In this document: positions 24,401 through 37,900 of the stretch, in pieces
Layout of the letters: the number at the start of each line of letters is the position of its first letter
Numbering within the stretch: the first letter of the stretch is position 1
DNA from: Eledone cirrhosa
Taxonomy: Eukaryota
Assembly: GCA_964016885.1 (NCBI GenBank)
Contig: OZ024743.1
Span: 130,696,001 to 130,760,000 of the forward strand
Direction of reading: 5' to 3'
DNA length: 64,000 bases
Position numbers and translations under genes: made by a program
Notes under the pieces: generated by a model
What the model saw: the letters and a program-made list of their open reading frames with translations, nothing else
What the model was told of the DNA's origin: nothing
The model's database searches: none

Positions 24401-27400
24401 TTTGGTCCTTGGTGCTTGGTGCTTGGTCTTTGGTGCTTGGGTTTTGGTGTTTGGTGCTTGGTGCTTGGTGTTTGGTGCTTGGTTCTTGGTGCTTGGTGCT
24501 TGGTGTTTGGTGATTGCTGCTTGGTGCTTGGTGTTTGGTGCTTGGTGCTTGCTGATTAGTGTTTGGTGATTGGTGCTTGGGGTTTGCTGTTTGGTGCTTG
24601 GTGTTTGGTGCTTGGTGCTTGCTGTTTGGTGTTTGGTGTTTGGTTCTTGGTGCTTGGTGTTTGGTGTTTGGTGTTTGGTGCTTGGTCCTTGGTGCTTGGT
24701 GTTTGGTGCTTGGTGCTTGGTGCTTGGTGTTTGGTGCTGCGTGCTTGGTGTTTGGTGCTTGGTGCTTGGTGGCTGGTGCTTGGTGTTTGGTGTTTGGAGT
24801 TTGGTGCTTGGTGCTTGGTGCCTGGTGTTTCGTGCTTGGTGCTTGGTGCTTGGTGTTTGGTGTTTGGTGCTTGGTGCTTGGTGTTTGGTGTTTGGAGCTT
24901 GGTGCCTGCTGCTTGTTGTTTGGTGTTTGGTGCTTGGTGCTTGGTGTTTGGTGTTTGGTGCTTGGTGCTTGATGCTTGGTATCTGGTGTTTGGTGCTTGA
25001 TGTTTGGTGTTTGGTGCTTGGTGCTTGGTGCTTGGTGTTTGGTGTTTGGTGCTTGGTGCTTGGTGTTTGGTGCTTGGTGTTTGGTGTTTGGTGTTTGATG
25101 CTTGGTGTTTGCTGCTTGGTGCTTGGTGCTTGGTGCTTGTTGTTTGGTGCTTGGTGCTTGGTGCTTGGTGTTTGGTGCTTGGTGCTTGGTGCTTGGTGTT
25201 TGGTGCTTGGTGCTTGGTGTTTGGTGCTTGGTGCTTGGTGTTTGGTGCTTGGTGTTTGGTGCTTGGTGCTTGGTGCTTGGTGCTTGGTGTTAGGTGTTTG
25301 GTGCTTGGTGCTTGGTGTTTGATGTTTGGTCCTTGGTGCTTGGGGTTTGGTGTTTGGTGCTTGGTGCTTGGTGTTTGGTGTTTGGTGTTTGGTGCTTGGT
25401 GCTTGGTGCTTGGTGTTTGGTGCTTGGTGCTTGGTGCTTGGTGTTTGGTGTTTGGTGTTTGGTGCTTGCTGCTTGCTGCTTGGTGTTTGGTGCTTGGTGA
25501 TTGGTGCTTGGTGTTTTGTGCTTGGTGCTTGGTGTTTGGTGTTTGGTGCTAGGGGCTTGGTACTTGGTGCTTGGTGTTTGGTGCTTGGTGCTTGCTGTTT
25601 GGTGTTTGGTGCTTGGTGCGTGGGACTTAGTGTTTGGTGTTTGGTGCTTGGTGTTTGGTGCTTGGTGTTTGGTGCTTGGTGTTTGGGGCTTGGTGTTCGG
25701 TGCTTGGTGCTTGGTGCTTGGGGCTTGATGTTTGGTGCTTGGTGCTTGGTGCTTGGTGTTTGATGTTGGGTCCTTGGTGCTTGGTGTTTGGTGTTTGGTG
25801 CTGGTGTTTGGTGTTTGGTGCTTGGTGCTTGGTGTTTGGTGTTTGGTGCTTGGTGCTTGGGGCTTGGTGTTTGGTGCTTGGTGCTTGGTGTTTGGTGCTT
25901 CTGCTTGGGGCTTGGTAGTTGGTGCTTGGTGCTTGGTGCCTGGTGTTTGGTGTTTGGTGTTTGGTGCTTGGTGTATGGTGCTTGGTGCTTGGTGCTGGGT
26001 GGTTGGTGTTTGGTGCTTGGTGCTTGGTGTTTGGTGCTTGGTGCTTGGTGCTTGTTGTTTGGTGCTTGGTGCTTGGTGCTTGGTCTTTGGTGCATGGTGT
26101 TTGGTGTTTCGCGCTTGGTGCTTGGTGCTTCGTGATTGGTGCTTGGTGCTTGGTGTTTGGTGCTTGGTGCTTGGTGATTAGTGTTTGTTGCTTGGTGCTT
26201 GGGGTTTGGTGGTTGGTGCTTGGTGCTTGGTGTTTGGTGTTTGGTGTTTGGTGTTTGCTGTTTGCTGTTTGGTGTCTGCTTTTTGGTGTTTGGTGTTTGT
26301 TGTATGGTGTTTGCTGTTTCGTATTTGGTTTTTGCTGTTTGGTGTTTGGTGTTTGCTGTTTGGTGTTTGGTGTTTGGTGCTTGGTGCTTGGTGTTTGGCT
26401 TTGGTGCTTGGTGCTTGGTGTTTGGTGCTTGGTGCTTGGTGTTTGGTGCTTGGTGCTTGGTGCTTGTTGTTTGGTGCTTGGTGCTTGGTGCTTGGTCTTT
26501 GGTGCATGGTGTTTGGTGTTTGGTGCTTGGTGCCTGGTGCTTGTTGTATGGTGTTTGGTGCTTGGTGCTTGGTGTTTGGTGTTTGCTGCTTGGTGTCTGG
26601 TGTTTGGTGCTTGGTGTTTGGTGTTTGGTGCTTGGTGCTTGGTGCTTGGTGTTTGGTGTTTGGTGCTTGGTGCTTGGTGTTTGGTGTTTGGTGCTGGGTG
26701 CATGGAGTTTGGTGCTTGGTGCTTAGTGCTTGGTGTTTGGTGTTTGGTGCTTGGTATTTGGTGTTTGGTGTTTGATGCTTGGTGCGTGGTGCTTGGTGCT
26801 TGGTGTTTTGTGTTTGGTGCTTGGTGCTTGGTGCCTGGTGCTTGGTGCTTGGTGATTAGTGTTTGGTGCTTGGTGCTTGGTGTTTGGTGCTTGGTGTTTG
26901 GTGCTTGGTGCCTGGTGCTTGGTGTTTGGTGTTTGATGCTTGGTGTTTGGTGTTTGGTGTTTGGTACTTGGTGTTCGGTGCTTGGTGCTTGGTGCTTGGT
27001 GCTTGGTGTTTGGTGTTTGGTGCTTGGTGCTTGGTGTTTGATGTTTGGTCCTTGGTGCTTGGTGTTTGGTGTTGTGTGCTTGGTGCTTGGGGCTTGGTGT
27101 TTGGTGCTTGGTGCTTGGTGCTTGGTGTTTGGCGTTTGCTGTTTGCTGTTTGGTGTTTGGTGTTTGCTGTTTGGTGTTTGCTGTTTGGTGCTTGGTGCTT
27201 GGTGTTTGGTGTTTGGTGCTTGGTGTTTGGTGCTTGGTGCTTGGTGCTGGGTGTTTGGTGCTTGGTGCTTGGTGTTTGGTTCTTGGTGATTGGTGCTTGG
27301 TGTTTGGTCCTTGGTGCTTGGTGCTTGGTCTTTGGTGCTTGGGTTTTGGTGTTTGGTGCTTGGTGCTTGGTGTTTGGTGCTTGGTGTTTGGTGCTTGGTG

Positions 27401-28149
27401 CTTGGTTATTAGTGTTTGGTGATTGGTGCTTGGGGTTTGGTGTTTGGGGCTTGGTGTTTGGTGCTTAGTGCTTGCTGTTTGGTGTTTGGTGTTTGGTTCT
27501 TGGTGCTTGGTGTTTGGTGTTTGGTGTTTGGTGCTTGGTGCTTGGTGCTTGGTGTTTGGTGCTTGGTGCTTGGTGCTTGGTGTTTGGTGCTGCGTGTTTG
27601 GTGTTTGGTGTTTGGTGCTTGGTGCCTGGTGCTTGTTGTTTGGTGTTTGGTGCTTAGTGCTTGGTGTTTGGTGTTTGGTGCTTGGTGCTTGGTGGCTGGT
27701 GTTTGGTGCTTGGTGTTTGGAGTCTGGTGCTTGGTGCTTGGTGCCTGGTGTTTCGTGCTTGGTGCTTGGTGCTTGGTGTTTGATGTTTGGTGCTTGGTGT
27801 TTGGTGTTTGGTACTTGGTGCTTGGTGCTTGGTGCTTGGTGTTTGGTGCTTGGTGTTTGATGCTGCGTGCTTGGTGTTTGGTGTTTGGTGCTTGGTGCTT
27901 GGTGTTTGGTGTTTGGAGCTTGGTGCCTGGTGCTTGTTGTTTGGTGTTTGGCGCTTGGTGCTTGGTGTTTGGTGTTTGGCGCTTGGTGCTTGGTGTTTGG
28001 TGTTTGGTGCTTGGTGCTTGGTGCTTGGTATCTGGTGTTTGGTGCTTGATGTTTGGTGTTTGGTGCTTGGTGTTTGGTGTTTGGTGCTTGGTGTTTGGTG
28101 CTTGGTGTTTGGTGTTTGGTGTTTGATGCTTGGTGTTTGCTGCTTGGTG
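6405..28149 (+). repeat. About 7-kb higher-order repeat, three tandem copies (A ~6405-14143, B ~14144-20911, C ~20912-28149)
   Basis: Matching ORF triplets 6530/14269/21037, 7391/14948/21898, 8750/16307/23257, 9569/17126/24076, 10794/18393/25294 and 12552/19319/27045. Rare landmarks (TAGGGGC..TAGATGC, TTTGATGC, TTCTGC TTGGGGC TTGGTAG) occur in the same order in each copy. Confidence 0.93.
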
Positions 28150-31100
28150 CTTGGTGCTTGGTGTTTTGTGTTTGGTGCTTGGTGCTTGGTGCTTGGTGCC
28201 TGGTGCTTGGTGCTTGGTGCTTGTTGTTTGGTTCTTGGTGCTTGGTGATTAGTGTTTGGTGCTTGGTGCTTGCTGATTGGTGTTTGGTGTTCGGTTCTTG
28301 GTGCTTGGTGTATGGTGTTTAGTGTCTGGTGCTTGGTGCTTGGTGTTTGGTGTTTGGTGTTTGGTACTTGGTGTTCGGTGCTTGGTGCTTGGTGCTTGGT
28401 GCTTGGTGTTTGGTGTTTGGTGCTTGGTGCTTGGTGTTTGATGTTTGGTCCTTGGTGCTTGGTGTTTGGTGTTGTGTGCTTGGTGCATGGTGCTTGATGT
28501 TTGGTGCTTGGTGCTTGGTGCTTGGTGTTTGGCGTTTGCTGTTTGCTGTTTGGTGTTTGGTGTTTGCTGTTTGGTGTTTGCTGTTTGGTGTTTGGTGTTT
28601 GGTGCTTGCTGTTTGGTGCTTGGTGCTTGGTGTTTGGTGTTAGGTGCTTGGTGTTTGGTGCTTGGTGCTTGGTGCTGAGTGTTTGATGCTTGGTGCTTGG
28701 TGTTTGGTGCTTGGTGATTGGTGCTTGGTGTTTGGTCCTTGGTGCTTGGTGCTTGGTCTTTGGTGCTTGGGTTTTGGTGTTTGGTGCTTGGTGCTTGGTG
28801 TTTGGTGCTTGGTGCTTGGTGTTTGGTGCTTGGTGCTTGGTGTTTGGTGCTTGGTGCTTTGTGTTAGGTGCTTGGTGTTTGGTGCTTGCTGCTTGGTGCT
28901 TGGTGTTTGGTGCTTTGTGCTTGGTGATTAGTGTTTGGTGATTGTGCTTGGGGTTTGCTGTTTGGGGCTTGGTGTTTGGTGCTTAGTGCTTGCTGTTTGG
29001 TGTTTGGTGTTTGGTTCTTGGTGCTTGGTGTTTGGTGTTTGGTGTTTGGTGCTTGGTGCTTGGTGCTTGGTGTTTGGTGCTTGGTGCTTGGTGTTTGGTG
29101 CTTGGTGCCTGGTGCTTGTTGTTTGGTGTTTGGTGCTTAGTGCTTGGTGTTTGGTGTTTGGTGCTTGGTGCTTGGTGGCTGGTGTTTGGTGCTTGGTGTT
29201 TGGAGTTTGGTGCTTGGTGCTTGGTGCCTGGTGTTTCGTGCTTGGTGCTTGGTGCTTGGTGCTTGGTGTTTGGTGTTTGGTGTTTGGTGTTTGGTGTTTG
29301 CTGTTTGGTGTCTGCTTTTTGGTGTTTGGTGTTTGCTGTATGGTGTTTGCTGTTTCGTATTTGGTTTTTGCTGTTTGGTGTTTGGTGTTTGCTGTTTGGT
29401 GTTTGGTGTTTGGTGCTTGGTGCTTGGTGCTTGGCTTTGGTGCTTGGTGCTTGGTGTTTGGTGCTTGGTGCTTGGTGTTTGGTGTTTGGTGCTTGGTGCC
29501 TGGTGCTTGTTGTATGGGGTTTGGTGCTTGGTGCTTGGTGTTTGGTGTTTGCTGCTTGGTGTCTGGTGTTTGGTGCTTGGTGTTTGTTGTTTGGTGCTTG
29601 GTGCTTGGTGCTTGGTGTTTGGTGTTTGGTGCTTGGTGCTTGGTGTTTGGTGTTTGGTGCTGGGTGCATGGAGTTTGGTGCTTGGTGCTTAGTGCTTGGT
29701 GTTTGGTGCTGCGTGCTTGGTGTTTGGTGTTTGGTGTTTGGTGCCTGGTGCTTGTTGTTTGGTGTTTGGTGCTTAGTGCTTGGTGTTTGGTGTTTGGTGC
29801 TTGGTGCTTGGTGGCTGGTGCTTGGTGCTTGGTGTTTGGAGTTTGGTGCTTGGTGCTTGGTGCCTGGCGTTTCGTGCTTGGTGCTTGGTGCTTGGTGTTT
29901 GGTGTTTGGTGCTTGGTGTTTGGTGTTTGGTGCTTGGTGCTTGGTGTTTGGTGTTTGGTGCTTGGTGTTTGGTGCTTGGTGCTTGGTGCTGGGTGTTTGG
30001 TGCTTGGTGCTTGGTGTTTGGTGCTTGGTGCTTGGTGCTTGGTTTTTGGTCCTTGGTGCTTGGTGCTTGGTCTTTGGTGTTTGGGTTTTGGTGTTTGGTG
30101 CTGGGTGCATGGAGTTTGGTGCTTGGTGCTTGTGCTTGGTGTTTGGTGTTTGGTGCTTGGTATTTGGTGTTTGGTGTTTGATGCTTGGTGTGTGGTGCTT
30201 GGTGCTTGGTGTTTTGTGTTTGGTGCTTGGTGCTTGGTGCCTGGCGCTTGGTGCTTGGTGCTTGTTGTTTGGTGCTTGGTGCTTGGTGATTAGTGTTTGG
30301 TGCTTGGTGCTTGGTGTTTGGTGCTTGGTGTTTGGTGCTTGGTGCCTGGTGCTTGGTGTTTGGTGTTTGATGCTTGGTGTTTGGTGTTTGGTGTTTGGTG
30401 TTTGGTACTTGGTGTTCGGTGCTTGGTGCTTGGTGCTTGGTGCTTGGTGTTTGGTGTTTGGTGCTTGGTGCTTGGTGTTTGATGTTTGGTCCTTGGTGCT
30501 TGGTGTTTGGTGTTGTGTGCTTGGTGCATGGTGCTTGATGTTTGGTGCTTGGTGCTTGGTGCTTGGTGTTTGGCGTTTGCTGTTTGCTGTTTGGTGTTTG
30601 GTGTTTGCTGTTTGGTGTTTGCTGTTTGGTGTTTGGTGTTTGGTGCTTGCTGTTTGGTGCTTGGTGCTTGGTGTTTGGTGTTAGGTGCTTGGTGTTTGGT
30701 GCTTGGTGCTTGGTGCTGAGTGTTTGGTGCTTGGTGCTTGGTGCTTGGTGCTTGGTGATTGGTGCTTGGTGTTTGGTCCTTGGTGCTTGGTGCTTGGTCT
30801 TTGGTGCTTGGGTTTTGGTGTTTGGTGCTTCGTGCTTGGTGTTTGGTACTTGGTGCTTGGTGCTTGGTGCTTGGTGTTTGGTGCTTGCTGCTTGGTGCTT
30901 GGTGTTTGGTGCTTGGTGCTTGGTGATTAGTGTTTGGTGATTGTGCTTGGGGTTTGGTGTTTGGGGCTTGGTGTTTGGTGCTTAGTGCTTGCTGTTTGGT
31001 GTTTGGTGTTTGGTTCTTGGTGCTTGGTGTTTGGTGTTTGGTGTTTGGTGCTTGGTGCTTGGTGCTTGGTGTTTGGTGCTTGGTGCTTGGTTTTTGGTGC

Positions 31101-34100
31101 TTGGTGCCTGGTGCTTGTTGTTTGGTGTTTGGTGCTTAGTGCTTGGTGTTTGGTGTTTGGTGCTTGGTGCTTGGTGGCTGGTGTTTGGTGCTTGGTGTTT
31201 GGAGTTTGGTGCTTGGTGCTTGGTGCCTGGTGTTTCGTGCTTGGTGCTTGGTGCTTGGTGCTTGGTGTTTGGTGTTTGTGTGTTTGGTGTTTGGTGTTTG
31301 CTGTTTGGTGTCTGCTTTTTGGTGTTTGGTGTTTGCTGTATGGTGTTTGCTGTTTCGTATTTGGTTTTTGCTGTTTGGTGTTTGGTGTTTGCTGTTTGGT
31401 GTTTGGTGTTTGGTGCTTGGTGCCTGGTGCTTGTTGTATGGTGTTTGGTGCTTGGTGCTTGGTGTTTGGTGTTTGCTGCTTGGTGTCTGGTGTTTGGTGC
31501 TTGGTGTTTGGTGTTTGGTACTTGGTGCTTGGTGCTTGGTGTTTGGTGTTTGGTGCTTGGTGCTTGGTGTTTGGTGTTTGGTGCTGGGTGCATGGAGTTT
31601 GGTGCTTGGTGCTTAGTGCTTGGTGTTTGGTGTTTGGTGCTTGGTATTTGGTGTTTGGTGTTTGATGCTTGGTGCGTGGTGCTTGGTGCTTGGTGTTTTG
31701 TGTTTGGTGCTTGGTGCTTGGTGCCTGGTACTTGGTGCTTGGTGATTAGTGTTTGGTGCTTGGTGCTTGGTGTTTGGTGCTTGGTGTTTGGTGCTTGGTG
31801 CCTGGTGCTTGGTGTTTGGTGTTTGATGCTTGGTGTTTGGTGTTTGGTGTTTGGTACTTGGTGTTCGGTGCTTGGTGCTTGGTGCTTGGTGCTTGGTGTT
31901 TGGTGTTTGGTGCTTAGTGCTTGGTGTTTGGTGTTTGGTGCTTGGTGCTTGGTGGCTGGTGTTTGGTGCTTGGTGTTTGGAGTTTGGTGCTTGGTGCTTG
32001 GTGCCTGGTGTTTCGTGCTTGGTGCTTGGTGCTTGGTGCTTGGTGTTTGGTGTTTGGTGTTTGGTGTTTGGTGTTTGCTGTTTGGTGTCTGCTTTTTGGT
32101 GTTTGGTGTTTGCTGTATGGTGTTTGCTGTTTCGTATTTGGTTTTTGCTGTTTGGTGTTTGGTGTTTGCTGTTTGGTGTTTGGTGCTTGGTGCCTGGTGC
32201 TTGTTGTATGGTGTTTGGTGCTTGGTGCTTGTTGTTTGGTGTTTGCTGCTTGGTGTCTGGTGTTTGGTGCTTGGTGTTTGGTGTTTGGTGCTTGGTGCTT
32301 GGTGCTTGGTGTTTGGTGTTTGGTGCTTGGTGCTTGGTGTTTGGTGTTTGGTGCTGGGTGCATGGAGTTTGGTGCTTGGTGCTTAGTGCTTGGTGTTTGG
32401 TGTTTGGTGCTTGGTATTTGGTGTTTGGTGTTTGATGCTTGGTGCGTGGTGCTTGGTGCTTGGTGTTTTGTGTTTGGTGCTTGGTGCTTGGTGCTTGGTG
32501 CCTGGTGCTTGGTGCTTGGTGATTAGTGTTTGGTGCTTGGTGCTTGGTGTTTGGTGCTTGGTGTTTGGTGCTTGGTGCCTGGTGCTTGGTGTTTGGTGTT
32601 TGATGCTTGGTGTTTGGTGTTTGGTGTTTGGTACTTGGTGTTCGGTGCTTGGTGCTTGGTGCTTGGTGCTTGGTGTTTGGTGTTTGGTGCTTGGTGCTTG
32701 GTGTTTGATGTTTGGTCCTTGGTGCTTGGTGTTTGGTGTTGTGTGCTTGGTGCTTGGTGCTTGGTGTTTGGTGCTTGGTGCTTGGTGTTTGGTGCTTGGT
32801 GCTTGGTGTTTGATGTTTGGTCCTTGGTGCTTGGTGTTTGGTGTTGTGTGCTTGGTGCATGGTGCTTGATGTTTGGTGCTTGGTGCTTGGTGCTTGGTGT
32901 TTGGCGTTTGCTGTTTGCTGTTTGGTGTTTGGTGTTTGCTGTTTGGTGTTTGCTGTTTGGTGTTTGGTGTTTGGTGCTTGCTGTTTGGTGCTTGGTGCTT
33001 GGTGTTTGGTGTTAGGTGCTTGGTGTTTGGTGCTTGGTGCTTGGTGCTGAGTGTTTGGTGCTTGGTGCTTGGTGTTTGGTGCTTGGTGATTGGTGCTTGG
33101 TGTTTGGTCCTTGGTGCTTGGTGCTTGGTCTTTGGTGCTTGGGTTTTGGTGTTTGGTGCTTGGTGCTTGGTGTTTGGTGCTTGGTGCTTGGTGTTTGGTG
33201 CTTGGTGCTTGGTGTTTGGTGCTTGGTGCTTTGTGTTTGGTGCTTGGTGTTTGGTGCTTGCTGCTTGGTGCTTGGTGTTTGGTGCTTGGTGGTTGGTGAT
33301 TAGTGTTTGGTGATTGTGCTTGGGGTTTGGTGTTTGGGGCTTGGTGTTTGGTGCTTAGTGCTTGCTGTTTGGTGTTTGGTGTTTGGTTCTTGGTGCTTGG
33401 TGTTTGGTGTTTGGTGTTTGGTGCTTGGTGCTTGGTGCTTGGAGTTTGGTGCTTGGTGCTTGGTGTTTGGTGCTTGGTGCCTGGTGCTTGTTGTTTGGTG
33501 TTTGGTGCTTAGTGCTTGGTGTTTGGTGTTTGGTGCTTGGTGCTTGGTGGCTGGTGTTTGGTGCTTGGTGTTTGGAGTTTGGTGCTTGGTGCTTGGTGCC
33601 TGGTGTTTCGTGCTTGGTGCTTGGTGCTTGGTGCTTGGTGTTTGGTGTTTGGTGTTTGGTGTTTGCTGTTTGCTGTTTGGTGTCTGCTTTTTGGTGTTTG
33701 GTGTTTGCTGTATGGTGTTTGCTGTTTCGTATTTGGTTTTTGCTGTTTGGTGTTTGGTGTTTGCTGTTTGGTGTTTGGTGTTTGGTGCTTGGTGCTTGGT
33801 GCTTGGCTTTGGTGCTTGGTGCTTGGTGTTTGGTGCTTGGTGCTTGGTGTTTGGTGTTTGGTGCTTGGTGCCTGGTGCTTGTTGTATGGGGTTTGGTGCT
33901 TGGTGCTTGGTGTTTGGTGTTTGCTGCTTGGTGTCTGGTGTTTGGTGCTTGGTGTTTGGTGTTTGGTGCTTGGTGCTTGGTGCTTGGTGTTTGGTGTTTG
34001 GTGCTTGGTGCTTGGTGTTTGGTGTTTGGTGATGGGTGCATGGAGTTTGGTGCTTGGTGCTTAGTGCTTGGTGTTTGGTGCTGCGTGCTTGGTGTTTGGT

Positions 34101-34900
34101 GTTTGGTGTTTGGTGCCTGGTGCTTGTTGTTTGGTGTTTGGTGCTTAGTGCTTGGTGTTTGGTGTTTGGTGCTTGGTGCTTGGTGGCTGGTGCTTGGTGC
34201 TTGGTGTTTGGAGTTTGGTGCTTGGTGCTTGGTGCCTGGTGTTTCGTGCTTGGTGCTTGGTGCTTGGTGTTTGGTGTTTGGTGCTTGGTGTTTGGTGTTT
34301 GGTGCTTGGTGCTTGGTGTTTGGTGTTTGGTGCTTGGTGTTTGGTGCTTGGTGCTTGGTGCTGGGTGTTTGGTGCTTGGTGTTTGGTGCTTGGTGTTTGG
34401 TGCTTGGTGCTTGGTGCTTGGTGCTTGGTGTTTGGTGGTTGGTGCTTGGTGCTTGGTGCTTAGTGCTTGGTGTTTGGTGCTGCGTGCTTGGTGTTTGGTG
34501 TTTGGTGTTTGGTGCCTGGTGCTTGTTGTTTGGTGTTTGGTGCTTAGTGCTTGGTGTTTGGTGTTTGGTGCTTGGTGCTTGGTGGCTGGTGCTTGGTGCT
34601 TGGTGTTTGGAGTTTGGTGCTTGGTCTTTGGTGCTTGGGTTTTGGTGTTTGGTGCTTGGTGCTTGGTGTTTGGTGCTTGGTGCTTGGTGCTTGGTGCTTG
34701 GTGTTTGGTGCTTGGTGCTTGGTGTTTGGTGTTTGGTGCTGGGTGCATGGAGTTTGGTGCTTGGTGCTTGTGCTTGGTGTTTGGTGTTTGGTGCTTGGTA
34801 TTTGGTGTTTGGTGTTTGATGCTTGGTTTGTGGTGCTTGGTGCTTGGTGTTTTGTGTTTGGTGCTTGGTGCTTGGTGTTTGATGTTTGGTCCTTGGTGCT
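28150..34900 (+). repeat. Mosaic higher-order region: three related 2.0-2.3-kb blocks plus a ~0.77-kb internal duplication
   Basis: Matching ORFs 28445/30486/32817, 28931/30930/33303 and 29144/33516 (offset 4372). The local pair 31143/31921 has offset 778. Shared private variants TGAGTGT and the 6-bp unit TTGTGC. Confidence 0.8.
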
Positions 34901-37900
34901 TGGTGTTTGGTGATTGGTTCTTGGTGCCTGGTGCTTGGTGCTTGGTGCTTGGTGTTTCGTGTTTGGTGCTTGGTGCTTGGTGTTTGGTGTTTGGTGCTGG
35001 GTGCATGGAGTTTGGTGCTTGGTGCTTAGTGCTTGGTGTTTGGTGTTTGGTGCTTGGTATTTGGTGTTTGGTGTTTGATGCTTGGTGCGTGGTGCTTGGT
35101 GCTTGGTGTTTTGTGTTTGGTGCTTGGTGCTTGGTGCCTGGTGCTTGGTGCTTGGTGATTAGTGTTTGGTGCTTGGTGCTTGGTGTTTGGTGCTTGGTGT
35201 TTGGTGCTTGGTGCCTGGTGCTTGGTGTTTGGTGTTTGATGCTTGGTGTTTGGTGTTTGGTGTTTGGTACTTGGTGTTCGGTGCTTGGTGCTTGGTGCTT
35301 GGTGCTTGGTGTTTGGTGTTTGGAGCTTGGTGCTTGGTGTTTGATGTTTGGTCCTTGGTGCTTGGTGTTTGGTGTTGTGTGCTTGGTGCTTGGTGCTTGG
35401 TGTTTGGTGCTTGGTGCTTGGTGCTTGGTGTTTGGCGTTTGCTGTTTGCTGTTTGGTGTTTGGTGTTTGCTGTTTGGTGTTTGCTGTTTGGTGCTTGGTG
35501 CTTGGTGTTTGGTGTTTGGTGCTTGTTGTTTGGTGCTTGGTGCTTGGTGCTGGGTGTTTGGTGCTTGGTGCTTGGTGTTTGGTGCTTGGTGATTGGTGCT
35601 TGGTGTTTGGTCCTTGGTGCTTGGTGCTTGGTCTTTGGTGCTTGGGTTTTGGTGTTTGGTGCTTGGTGCTTGGTGTTTGGTGCTTGGTGTTTGGTGCTTG
35701 GTGCTTGGTTATTAGTGTTTGGTGATTGGTGCTTGGGGTTTGGTGTTTGGGGCTTGGTGTTTGGTGCTTAGTGCTTGCTGTTTGGTGTTTGGTGTTTGGT
35801 TCTTGGTGCTTGGTGTTTGGTGTTTGGTGTTTGGTGCTTGGTGCTTGGTGCTTGGTGTTTGGTGCTTGGTGCTTGGTGCTTGGTGTTTGGTGCTGCGTGT
35901 TTGGTGTTTGGTGTTTGGTGCTTGGTGCCTGGTGCTTGTTGTTTGGTGTTTGGTGCTTAGTGCTTGGTGTTTGGGGTTTGGTGCTTGGTGCTTGGTGGCT
36001 GGTGTTTGGTGCTTGGTGTTTGGAGTTTGGTGCTTGGTGCTTGGTGCCTGGTGTTTCGTGCTTGGTGCTTGGTGCTTGGTGTTTGATGTTTGGTGCTTGG
36101 TGTTTGGTGTTTGGTAGTTGGTGCTTGGTGCTTGGTGCTTGGTGTTTGGTGCTTGGTGTTTGATGCTGCGTGCTTGGTGTCTGGTGTTTGGTGCTTGGTG
36201 TTTGGTGTTTGGTGCTTGGTGCTTGGTGCTTGGTGTTTGGTGTTTGGCGCTTGGTGCTTGGTGTTTGGTGTTTGGTGCTGGGTGCATGGAGTTTGGTGCT
36301 TGGTGCTTAGTGCTTGGTGTTTGGTGTTTGGTGCTTGGTATTTGGTGTTTGGTGTTTGATGCTTGGTGCGTGGTGCTTGGTGCTTGGTGTTTTGTGTTTG
36401 GTGCTTGGTGCTTGGTGCCTGGTGCTTGGTGCTTGGTGATTAGTGTTTGGTGCTTGGTGCTTGGTGTTTGGTGCTTGGTGTTTGGTGCTTGGTGCCTGGT
36501 GCTTGGTGTTTGGTGTTTGATGCTTGGTGTTTGGTGTTTGGTGTTTGGTACTTGGTGTTCGGTGCTTGGTGCTTGGTGCTTGGTGCTTGTTGTTTGGTGT
36601 TTGGAGCTTGGTGCTTGGTGTTTGATGTTTGGTCCTTGGTGCTTGGTGTTTGGTGTTGTGTGCTTGGTGCTTGGTGCTTGGTGTTTGGTGCTTGGTGCTT
36701 GGTGCTTGGTGTTTGGCGTTTGCTGTTTGCTGTTTGGTGTTTGGTGTTTGCTGTTTGGTGTTTGCTGTTTGGTGCTTGGTGCTTGGTGTTTGGTGTTTGG
36801 TGCTTGTTGTTTGGTGCTTGGTGCTTGGTGCTGGGTGTTTGGTGCTTGGTGCTTGGTGTTTGGTGCTTGGTGATTGGTGCTTGGTGTTTGGTCCTTGGTG
36901 CTTGGTGCTTCGTCTTTGGTGCTTGGGTTTTGGTGTTTGGTGCTTGGTGCTTGGTGTTTGGTGCTTGGTGTTTGGTGCTTGGTGCTTGGTTATTAGTGTT
37001 TGGTGATTGGTGCTTGGGGTTTGGTGTTTGGGGCTTGGTGTTTGGTGCTTAGTGCTTGCTGTTTGGTGTTTGGTGTTTGGTTCTTGGTGCTTGGTGTTTG
37101 GTGTTTGGTGTTTGGTGCTTGGTGCTTGGTGCTTGGTGTTTGGTGCTTGGTGCTTGGTGCTTGGTGTTTGGTGCTGCGTGTTTGGTGTTTGGTGTTTGGT
37201 GCTTGGTGCCTGGTGCTTGTTGTTTGGTGTTTGGTGCTTAGTGCTTGGTGTTTGGGGTTTGGTGCTTGGTGCTTGGTGGCTGGTGTTTGGTGCTTGGTGT
37301 TTGGAGTTTGGTGCTTGGTGCTTGGTGCCTGGTGTTTCGTGCTTGGTGCTTGGTGCTTGGTGTTTGATGTTTGGTGCTTGGTGTTTGGTGTTTGGTACTT
37401 GGTGCTTGGTGCTTGGTGCTTGGTGTTTGGTGCTTGGTGTTTGATGCTGCGTGCTTGGTGTTTGGTGTTTGGTGCTTGGTGCTTGGTGTTTGGTGTTTGG
37501 AGCTTGGTGCCTGGTGCTTGTTGTTTGGTGTTTGGCGCTTGGTGCTTGGTGTTTGGTGTTTGGCGCTTGGTGCTTGGTGTTTGGTGTTTGGTGCTTGGTG
37601 CTTGGTGCTTGGTATCTGGTGTTTGGTGCTTGATGTTTGGTGTTTGGTGCTTGGTGTTTGGTGTTTGGTGCTTGGTGTTTGGTGCTTGGTGTTTGGTGTT
37701 TGGTGTTTGATGCTTGGTGTTTGCTGCTTGGTGCTTGGTGCTTGGTGTTTTGTGTTTCGTGCTTGGTGCTTGGTGCCTGGTGCTTGGTGCTTGGTGCTTG
37801 TTGTTTGGTTCTTGGTGCTTGCTGATTAGTGTTTGGTGCTTGGTGCTTGCTGATTGGTGTTTGGTGTTCGGTTCTTGGTGCTTGGTGTATGGTGTTTAGT

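Noticed and set aside
22343-26095. Long minus-strand ORFs (1250 aa here, 1357 aa at 8137-12210) resembling mucin-like or CTD-like heptad proteins
   Set aside because: The DNA period is 7 nt, not 21 nt. There is no codon-position pattern of variation and no signal peptide or non-repeat termini. The ATG starts are chance CAT variants that lie inside duplicated blocks.
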